Shown in pieces: positions 39,963-50,821 of a stretch of 64,000 bases of DNA. This DNA is from Oopsacas minuta (lineage: Eukaryota; Animalia; Porifera). Position numbers and translations under genes: made by a program. A model generated the notes under the pieces. That model was not told the DNA's origin, did not search any database, and saw only the letters and a program-made list of their open reading frames with translations. The stretch spans positions 62,001 through 126,000 of the forward strand of contig JAKMXF010000329.1 of NCBI GenBank assembly GCA_024704765.1, in the 5' to 3' direction. Numbering within the stretch: position 1 is the first letter of the stretch; the number at the start of each line of letters is the position of its first letter.

Positions 39963-42900
39963 ATGAGCACCCCAGGAGTCCAGTACTTACCTGTTCACCG
40001 TCCAGAAATCTCGTCATTTTATAGACCTCCAGGGATTGACTCAAAGTGTCCAGCGAATTCACTCAGATCTGGTCTATTCTGTTTGAATATCATAAAAACA
40101 ATAATTTATCTTATTGGATCAGTTCTACGTTCTAGTTAGTATTTAATATAATTATTACGTCCAGGGATTCCCAGAACAAGTATTTTTCCCCGTATTATAT
40201 TGTTGGATGACATACATGAACATCTTTTGTTGCGAACAAATTGTTTAGAATTCAGATCACATAATATTAAATGTGTCAGTGAATAGATTAGTATATGATG
40301 ACAGAACGAGGAACATTTCAGTAGTCCAGGGAAATTACACTAAGTCGAGGAGAAATTTAGGCTCCATCTAGCGATCGATGTGACAAAGGTTGGAGGTTGT
40401 TCCGGAAGTTCCCACGGCCAAATGGTTTACTTAGGGCCTAGGTCCTGTGTATGAACCTCGCTATGCTCAATACGCTTCCTACAATCTTCCTAGAATTTAT
40501 TCACTGTGGTTGCATAATTCTATCAAATGAAGACTAGGGAATGCAATGACGACAACAAAAATGGGAACCACGGCTATAAATCAACAGAAAGATCTACTGT
40601 TTTGTCTGTAAAATGATGATTGTTACTCTAATAGGTTGAGTTTTGTTTGGTTTAATTAATTTATTTAGATGGCCCGACTAAACTTCATCCAAATTAATTG
40701 ATACCTCTGAAACCGTCTTTAACTTCTAGAATATCAAAAACATTGTTTCTCATTAGTTACAATACAATGGGTTTTATTTTGATATTTACAATTCTAAAGA
40801 ATGAATATCACGAATATTCGGTACAATATTTATTCATAATCCATGTGTATTAATGCGTTTATTCATAAGTATATATTAAAGAGGGAGGTAGCCAGGCGGG
40901 ACAGCGGCTCCCGCCATTCAAGATGTATGACCTTTGAATCCCGAAGGAACGATTTCCCAAAATAACTAAATTTGGGATGTTTTAATTATTCAGAAAGTTT
41001 TCACAGTGAGACTATGGTCATCGAGCCTCTATATTCTGTGCATTCTGGTCCTATTGTGTAAAATAAGATTTCCCCATCCGAAAGCTAATAGGAACTCTTC
41101 CAATTACAAGTTAGAGTACAAAAGCTCAATCAGTATACTTAAGATGATATAGTCTCCAATAAGCAACACCATGGGAAAAGAATCCCTTAATGGACTCTCA
41201 ATGATAATCTATTATCGAGATTTGGTCCATACTCCAGAGGAGGTGGTGGAGAAATTGCCTACCGCAACCCAAGACCAATGCTCTTAGATTAGTAATATAT
41301 TACTTGTTTAACTGTCTACGAATGAATATACAATATGATAAATACGGTTCATATTTGACAAGAATACCTGTTCGTCGATAGTTATGCTCCAGGTTTCAAA
41401 GTTTTTCTGGGGGGTAAACCCCCCGGACCCCCAATCACAAAAATCCAGGTTCCGCCCCTCATAAATGTATTATATTTTATAGTACAAATTTTATTCAAAA
41501 ATATGTCAAAATATGTTTATAGTAAGCATGTATTTCGTAATATATCATTCTTTGATGCCTTGTAGAATGTTAAATACTACATTTATCAACTCAAAGTGAA
41601 TAAATGAAATTATCTATAGATATCTCGTACCAATGTGACGATACCCTATATGCTCTCTTTCTAGATTCTGAAATACCCTACAGTTTTTTCATACCAAAAT
41701 GTACTATAAGTGCATGGGAAGTCGGGTATATAGTATAAATTGGCGATAATGAGTTTACCATAATATCTCGATTTTCGAGTTATATTTGAATATTCATAAA
41801 AATTATCATCCACGGAATTCTTTAACCATTGGCTTTAAAGTAGATATTCTACAAATATGCAACACCATTTATTAAGGAAAAATGCACATTTCTACAATAT
41901 TGAAACCATGCATATAAATGCTTTCAGCTAATACTCCATTCACGGTACTTTTGCTGTTAGGCCTCATACTATGAGGCTAAGAGTTGAGCTAGAATAATAT
42001 ATAGAAAACCTATCAAATAACAATGATTAAAAACTGAATTGATAGATGAAAGATGTTGAAGAATACAATGACGGGATTATATGTACTTATTACCCCTTAT
42101 AAGATATAGAAATAGTTTTTACAAAGTTTTGCAAGATTTCATTATGATTCTTAACAATATTCAGTAAAATTTAGGAAACGTTTTTGGGCTGAGTGACCCA
42201 AATTTCTGGGTGATTAAACTGAGAAATTCAAAATATGTGTGTATATTCGCAGATAAATGGAAACATTATAGCTACTGTGATGGGATATAACAAGTAGACC
42301 ATAAATACCAGCTTCCTTGAAACTATCACCACTCTGGAAACTTTAAACTATAGTAGTATATTACAGGCTGATACTTGCCACAATAGGGGAATTCCAGGCA
42401 AATCAACAAGTCATTTCACTAATAAGATTGTAAACTTTCGAATTTTTCGTCATGAAATTTGAGTTTTGATATTTTTAGTAACTGTTCGCCCTAACTACAA
42501 CACTTAAATAATTGTGAGATTTCACCTTATTGTCACAAAAAACTTATGGACCTTAAGATGTTGAGAATTCAATAAAAATATATTTGGATAGATTCGGACA
42601 CATATACTGACTCAAAACTATAACTGAAACTTACAGGAAGTGAAATCGGAACTATGACATAACATTCTGGTAGATTTCAAGAACATAATCTTAACCGTTT
42701 TAATTATAGATTTGAGTGGGTTTTCAATTTTTAATAATAATAATAGTACAGTACTTAAGTACGCTTCCCACATGTCTATCTAGGCACTTACAGCTATAAT
42801 ACTAAGTATATATTCCTAAGAATACACTGTTCTAGTTATACAAGATTCGGCCATTAAAATATACAGTAATACACTCCATTAATAAAACTATTATCAAAGA

Positions 42901-43219
42901 CTATTAAAATGCTAAGAATATCAGATAAAATTATGAGAACTTTCCCCTTTGGATAAATGATAGGATTTTAGATGTGATTTGAATGTTAATATTGAATTCG
43001 AGGCTTTAATCATTTTGGAATTGTGGAATTCAAATCTAGGAGCAATACGAGAGAAAATTGTAGTCTATCACCATAGACTAATCTTGATATTTAATTCAGG
43101 GCTTGTAGCCTATGACCATAGACTACAAACCTTGACCTAGATTGATAGAGATTAATACAGTCAACTCCTGCTGAACGTAAGTCCCCGTGTTTGGAGAATG
43201 GATCTTTAGCATATTCCTT

Positions 43220-44040
43220 ATATAAATATAGCAGAATACACATTAAGAATATTGAAGTGTATAGTTAGAAACTTATAGTGTAGTCTCATATCAATAGGAA
43301 TGCTGTGTAAGCTTCTGATGATTGGAGAAATTGATTGTCGTTTTTGGAAAGAGTCTCGCCTCGTGCAGCCGCATCTTGTATTATACACAACATATCCATT
43401 TGCAACACACAAAGCCTATACCATTCTTTCAGTCGTTGTTACATAGCTACAAATCTTTGCGATTCGACTCATACATAGATATGCATTACGACAGATTTCA
43501 ATTACACGTTCCCTAAATGTTGGTTGTTTATCAATCCTTACACCTAGATTGAAAATAGTGTCAGTATCAAAAGTTGATGGCATCCAAAATTTATTAGAGA
43601 TATCAAATGTAAGTTCAAATTTTGAAGAGAAATATATGTTTCTTCTTATTAGTATTGCACTTGAGCATATTGCTCGTAAAGCAAGTACTGAAGTCACACA
43701 GACAGACTTCTAATCTAGTTGTAATATCTTTCATCTCCGTGGGTTTTATAGAGATGTAACTTGGCCTTCATTGCATATGATGTCAAACGCATTCCATGAG
43801 AGTGAACAATATCTTCGATAGTGGATCTATAGAATGAAAATAATAGAGAGGCCCAAACGTAGAACCCTGTAGTACCCACATTTAACATCTTTGGCATGAG
43901 TCAGTTGTGTCAATGTAATAATCTCCCGCCTCATTGTCGAATATGATTCAAAGCACTTGAAAATTATGCCAGAAATTTCAAATTCGAATACTATTGAGCA
44001 AATGTTTACTGATTCAACTGCGGTGCAGGGGTCAATTATC
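43220..44040 (-). pseudogene. Non-LTR (L2/CR1-like) reverse transcriptase remnant
   Basis: LLFSFYRSTIEDIVHSHGMRLTSYA (cf. LLFSLYT..L..II..HG...YADD) and NLGVRIDKQPTFRERVIEICRNAY. Confidence 0.65.
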
Positions 44041-44085
44041 ACTAGAGCTACCTCTAGCTTATCGTTAAGTGCTTAGGATATATTA

Positions 44086-46387
44086 CACAGGTCAACAAAT
44101 TTTCACTTATTATCCTCATCAAGCAAAAATGGGTATTTTTCTAGACTACGTTTTTGTGCTGATTTCAAATCTGCCCTTCATTCCTCTCTAACAGTATACA
44201 TTTTTTATATTCTAGCTTGAAATTTTCGAATTCAATTTCGAATTATTACATATTTTATTATGCTTAATTATGCTAAAAGTTGTTCAGCTAACTAATGTTA
44301 CTTGTTAATAGAGTCTCAATGTGAATAATTCAATAATTCATTGAGTATCAAATTAGAATCTATCTTGCAATAGGAAATTGAAATATTTTCACATTTGTGA
44401 GATATATAAGTTGAATAAACAAAAAGAAAATATTTAGGACGTCAAAAACGTTGAGAGTAAGGATTTATTTTATAAACTCGATTGGGTTCATTCCTGTAAA
44501 ACATCCAGCAATAGTCCGCCATCATACTGTCATTCCAGAAACCTTGATATCGATTTTCCATTCTGAGAATGTCTTGGTGAAATGGTTCGCCCTGTTCATC
44601 GCTTACAGCACCAAGGTTTTCTGGAAAAAATCAAGATGGGAGTACAAAAATGCAATATCAATGACATATGGCATCCATGTTTTCATATGATTGAATTAAG
44701 TTTTTTTACTCCCTCAATATACTCTGTTGACTTCATATTACCAAAAAAGTTTTCACAAATCCATTTGAAAGATTTCCAAGCTGTGAATTCCTTAGGCGGA
44801 AAGTATATTGCCAAACTCTTCATCCTTGAGAACTTCCCTAATTTGTGGCCCAATAAATTCACCGTCTTTAAGCTCAGCATTACTTAGATTGGGAAATTTC
44901 TCAACAATATAGCGAAACCCTGTAGAATTTGTTTACCCATTGTTTTGACGAAAGTTTTCATCAATCCGAGTTTTATATGAAGTGGTGACAAAAAGATAAT
45001 ATTAAGATCTACCAATGGTATATATTCAATATTGGATGCTCCTACTTCAAAATTTGTTCTCTTGCCAATCACGCTTTTTGTAATGATCTATCGGTGCACG
45101 ACTGTCCCATAAACAAAGAAAGCAGCGATATTTGGTAAATCCTTGTTACAATCCCACTAACAGACCAATGACCTTAAGATCCCCACATTTATTCCACCTG
45201 TGTGTTCTATATTTGATCGCAACCAAAACCTCTTCCAGGTTCATATAGGACTCTTTAAGATGTACAGAGTGAGCAATTGGAATTGTAGGATTTTTTTCCG
45301 TTATGCAATAAAACGTCTTTCAAGCTACGTTTCGATGAATCGATATATAGGCGCCAATCAGAAGATGAATGTACCTGTGACAAACTAGAAAACAGCCCGT
45401 CAATATCATTAGAATAACAGAGAGGACAATCAACTGTAAAATATTGAGCCAAATCAAAATTTCGTTTACAGTAGTGGGACACTATAACGTTCTTTTAAGT
45501 AAATTCTTTTGTTGAAGACTTGATGCAAGAAGTTCTGCCTTTTACTTCGACAGATCAAGATCCCTGACAAGGTCATTCAATTCACCTGTGTGAAGGTATG
45601 GGGCGCTAAATTACTATCTTTAGGGACGTATTCTGAACCAATAGCAGATTCGTTGAATATGACAAGGTATCTACATCATCAGAAAGAGAATCAAATCCAT
45701 ATAACGTAGGAGTGGGGACAGGCAAGGAGACATCGTGAGAAACTGGTCTGCAAGCAGATTCCAAATCTGGGAAAATTATTTCATGTTTATTTTTTATCGA
45801 AAAACCCAGTGATATTTAGGATGCAAAAATAGCAATGATCGTAGTGATGCTTTGGTTCCCTCCAAACCATTAGTATTGCAAAAGGCATTGAAGTTTTTCT
45901 TTTGTTAACCCAATCACGTAAGCCACTAGAACATGCAGAACAAATCACATGAGACGCCCAGATCTTACCTTGATCACCTGAAGGACCATCAAAGTACTGT
46001 CTATGTATTCTCTTGAGGTCATTTGTTATGGTACACGTACGTCGTTGTGATTTTAAACAAAAGGAGCCATAATCATAGCAAAAACTGTCTGGTGTATTGA
46101 TACATCTGCGATGCATTATGAGAAACCAGATTGATTGATTCAAAAAAGAAAAATAGAGCTAGAAAATTAGGATATATTGCAATGAATATACAAATTATGT
46201 ACTTTGCTATTGTAAAATTTTAAAATATTTAGAATTATATTATTGAAAATAATGGAATAACATAGTTGGATTTTGTGAAAAGCTACACGTGATAGATAAA
46301 AACGGAGAGCAGATATGAAATCAGGACAAAAAATCACGTTAGAAAAATCATATATGATCTGTGATGAAAGAACTTTGTTGACCTGTG
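44086..46387 (-). mobile_element. Chapaev3 (CMC) DNA transposon, degenerate (2302 bp)
   Basis: TIR CACAGGTCAACAAA at both ends; 3-bp TTA TSD. CINTPDSFCYDYG, HVICSAC, MPFAILMVWREPKHHYDHCYFC, WRLYIDSSKRSLKDVLLHNG, PLHIKLGLMKTFVK. Confidence 0.9.
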
Positions 46388-46419
46388 TTATGAAAGTATA
46401 GTTGGTCATCCTACTCAAT

Positions 46420-46990
46420 GATCATCATATCGCAAAAACTGTCGGGTATGAAATATGTAATAGTACGACAGTGTTAAGTCAATCATTAGTTCAAACTGTT
46501 CTTCATAATTCGTCCGGTCTATATAGAGCTGTGTTTGTAAATCCATCTGAAGAATAATGATATCGATGCCAAATGGTTTCACATCGCATTTTATGCTATT
46601 CAGAATGATCATTAAAACCAAAAATATCAACTCCAAGCAAAGCACTAGGAGCAAGATTTCTATGTCCGTTGCCCACACAGTGTTACCATCCATTTCGGAT
46701 TTCATCAAGTATTCGGCTACTGGAGAATCCATAATTTTGGTCTCTAAGTATCTATACATAAAACTCGCTCCTTGCACAAATATATACCGACATATAGCTG
46801 CCCATATATTTATGATAACATTGAGTCCTTGTTAAAATTTCAGATACCGCAAGAAAATAACAATTTCCATTTTACGAATTGGTTCTTGTGCAATAGGAGC
46901 GATGTCCCGTAGGAGCTGACCTACGTATGTCAACGGGATAACGCGATGTCTCAAATGTAATCCTAACTGAGCGCATTTCGACCTTAGCCA
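46420..46990 (-). pseudogene. Degraded OTU-like cysteine protease domain
   Basis: Reframed minus strand reads NGNCYFLAVSEILTRTQCYH (cf. GDGNCLFRA...TG.Q..H), followed by YLMKSEMDGNTVWATDIEI. Confidence 0.6.
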
Positions 46991-47289
46991 ATCAATCTGC
47001 CCGTCTTGTGTGTTGTGTGAGGGGTGGATTCTGTAAGGGAGTGGATGCCAACAGAACCAAGCAGAACTAAACTTAAACATAACCGTATGATCAAAACTTA
47101 TGTCTATGAAAGAATGCAATTAATTTCAAATTGCCATAATAGCTATAGTATTATAATAATTACAAGCGAACTTAAAATGCTTTCTGTCAATACTTCTATG
47201 TTTACTAATTTTTCACTTGTAATCTCATTTGTAAGATTATAAAATCCAGAATGTGTGTCTTGAAAAACGAATCCTTGGAGGTATGCTTC

Positions 47290-48900
47290 ATTTCAGCAAC
47301 CGAAAAATGTGTCATAAAACTGCATTCAGTCATCTTTGTGGCTGTGCTGTGTCCAGAGTCCCTGATATAATCTCAACTGCAGAATCATCTGCGCAACAAA
47401 TATCCTGAACTTTGGACAAGCCAAAGCTATATTTCGCCGCTAAGGGGAGCCAAGTGAAAAGGCAGAGTCTGGGTCTGATTCCAAAAGCTACATTTGATAA
47501 GCGGGACTATTTAAATCAAGCTTGGAATTTGCATGGCTAATATCTAGTGCAAAAGCCGTACCACATCGGTCAGGAACTAATCAAGCGGATGCAACACGGA
47601 TGACAGAGTTTATGTGTGGGATGGAGCAAGCAGCGAAATTGGGAACGGTCCAATTGCCAGCAAGAACGGTTCGAAGAGGTTGGACGAATTGGGAAAGAAC
47701 ATCAAGGACCAGTTGATCATAGCCATAAAGAAGTGGTCTGTTAACAATCCAATTGGACAGAACTATTGACGTCGGGAGCGATCCTCAGCTAATAGTATAC
47801 CTCAGATATCAAGCTGAATGCAGGATCGGAGAAGATATGTTGTTCTGCAACCCGCTGGAAACAACAACTCGTTAACTCGACAATTCCAACATGTTGACAA
47901 GTGTTTTACATTGCTAAGAGATAGATTTGTACAGAACTGATTGCGTTGCAGTTTCTACTGACGGAGTTCAAGCTAGAGTTGGGATTCATAGGTGATTTGT
48001 TGCCTTAGTCAAGAGGGAAGCCCAATAATCATGTCCACATATTGTATGATTCACCGACAGGCATTGGAAGTGAACGCTTTGAGCCTGATCTGGAAGAATT
48101 AATGAAAGATGTACCTAAGATAATCAACTTCATCAAGGCAGAACCGCTAACCTGATTATTCCGCCAATTAGTGAAGAATCAGATTCTGAGTATTCCACCT
48201 TGCTCTTATACTGTGAGACCACGGTGGCTGTCAGGCTGGAGACTTTGGATATTGAGGACTAAAGTTGAAATTTTGCTGGCGGACAAGAAGCAATGCCTGG
48301 CCATCCAAGTTCAAGACAACAAATAGCTGTCTCTGTTGGCATATTTAGTGAACATTTTCAGGCACTTGAACGAAATCAATATGAATCTTCATGGTTCAAA
48401 CACAAATCATTTCTGTTAGCCAGAAAACTTGTGCATTTGAGACAAAACTAGAGGTTTGGAGAATGAGAGCTTGGGAAGGTAAGATGGCATCTCTCAGTCG
48501 TCTCACGAAGTATCTGGAAGAAGCCGAACGATCATTTGAGACTGTCAATGATGTAGTTCTTCACCACTTGAGCAAATTGAACCTGCGATTTGAATAATAC
48601 ATCCCCGGAGGAAGTTGAGTTAAACGAAAGCGTTGGCTGGGTTCTCAACCCGTTCAGATGTTCCTACAAAACCTGTCAGAAAAACCACATGGACTGACAG
48701 AGCAACTGCTTGAATTGCAAGCGGAAAGACTGGCTCAAGCAGATTATAAAGCTTTGGACCGCGAGGACCTCCAGGATGAGTTTGTGAGGTGGGCTTTCTG
48801 CATAAGAGGTGATAAAGACGAGTTCGCAACAGTGGCGCGCCAGTCTATACTGAGTGCGGGGGCAACTGCCCCCCCCTGACAAGAATCATACAACAGCTTA
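47290..48900 (+). pseudogene. Degraded hAT Charlie (ZBED5/ZBED8-like) transposase
   Basis: Fragments such as IINFIKAEPL, RWLS, LAYLVNIFRHLNEINMNLHGSN and KLEVWR, with many stops; termini not identified. Confidence 0.65.
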
Positions 48901-50821
48901 GGGTCGCATGGGTATTGTTCCATTGTACGAATTTTCATTAAGATGGTAGTAATAGAAAAACAGTACATTATGTAATACTATGATAATGAGAAATCAAAAA
49001 ATATAGTCTATTCTAACTTCAGGATAGGTAGGTAATTGAATTTCAGCTTACTTGAGTACTATACGCCTATTTTTCTCTTCGTACCTCCCGATTACCATAT
49101 CTATTTGGAGTTCATTAGTTCCTGTCTATTTATTACTAGTACAGCCATATCACTGCTTCGCTGTTCAGACACTGTACTTCTCAAATACGATTTGATTCTT
49201 CTGAGGACACTGAAACTCCTCACGCAAGAAGCACTTGTGATTGGCAAGGTAATGGCAATCTGTACTGCTCTTTGAATACGAAAGAAAATACTCCTGGGTG
49301 GCAGAAGAAAGTTGTATAGGAAAATGAGATCTGTTGGAAGATCACAGCCACCACACGGTACATATCTTCAAGAAGCAATATTTCAGAATTGAGAGGTTTA
49401 GCGTCATCCTCGATTGAGCCATAGTATCTACAGAAGTTAGTTATATCACTTACTTCTCCGAAGTTGTCGCTGCTAGGCGTAAGAGCTTTTACGCGGTGAA
49501 AGACGATCTGATTCTCCTCCTTTAGAAATATCCTGTATAACTCACCGCATACCCTCTCGCAAATAACATAGAATACTCTTATGCAGTAGTCATCTTTACT
49601 TATATAGTTACCTCCGGGAGAAACGGTATCCGCGCGATCACGACTAATGCATAGTTGAGAGATATCTGAGAGCTCGCATGAAGCGATAATCTTTACAGCT
49701 TCATCATAGATAGTGTCCCAAACAGTATCATTATTAGGGTAAAGAGGGCGATCTGTGAAGTTTTTCATGACTTTAATGCATTGCAAAGTCTCAGAAAGCG
49801 TTTCAGATTCCCTTGAGGCTTAACATTTGCAGCATTACATATATTTAAAACAAACCTCATGATAGACAGGTGAATAACGAAGCACGGGGTGATCTGGGAT
49901 AATAGTACCCTAGCGTTGTTACTTCTGTTACCAACTTCCTCTGCGAACTCATCAATCGCAGACATAATAGCCGGAAGTGTACACAAACCACTTCGGTTGC
50001 TTCGTGGCGACAGATCCATCGAGTATCGGACATACTTGGAATTTCTCTGGTTCTAGAGTTAGGCTGGAAAATTTCTGAGCTACTAAGTACCTCACATTTA
50101 CCACACTTGATGAGAGAAAGTTGTGGAGCAACTGTAGCACACCAAACATATCAGATATCCGCCCTACTCCAAGTGAAATATCCACCACTACAAGATTCAA
50201 TCTGTGTGCAAAACAGTGAATGTAGATCGCCCGGGGACATTTCTCTCTGATGCATTTCTGCACCCCAGTTGAGGTACCTGAAATTACAGACGCCCCGTCG
50301 TAACACTGGCGATACATAGGTCAAGTGACACACCATTGCTTTGAAGGGTCTCGATGATACACTGGTAGAGTCCATGGGGTGAAAAATCACTGCAAGCCTA
50401 AAGATATATTGAAACAAAATAAAATCTATCCTGAACGCGCACTGTTCCTATTTAAAATGACTAACATTGAAACCCTGGAAGATTTCCTTAATTATTCCTT
50501 CTTTCACATAGCGTATCATCACTGAGAGCTGCTCCACCTTTGAAAATCACGAGTTTCATCTGCCTGTATTGAAAAAACCCAGCAAATTCGATGTCACTAG
50601 CGATTCCTTCCGTGATCAGTGCCACAGCAGCTCGCATGATGTCGTCTTGAATGGAATGGTGAGTATACTTGGCGGAATTAGGACCATTAGAAAGGTAAGT
50701 ATAAACGATATGATCATACTCACTTATCAAATCTAAGAATGCAAGGAATTTCCGCTGTTTTTGCTCGGATTAGCTTCATCAAAAGTTTCTCTATGACCTC
50801 TCAAACCTATACCTAGCTTGG

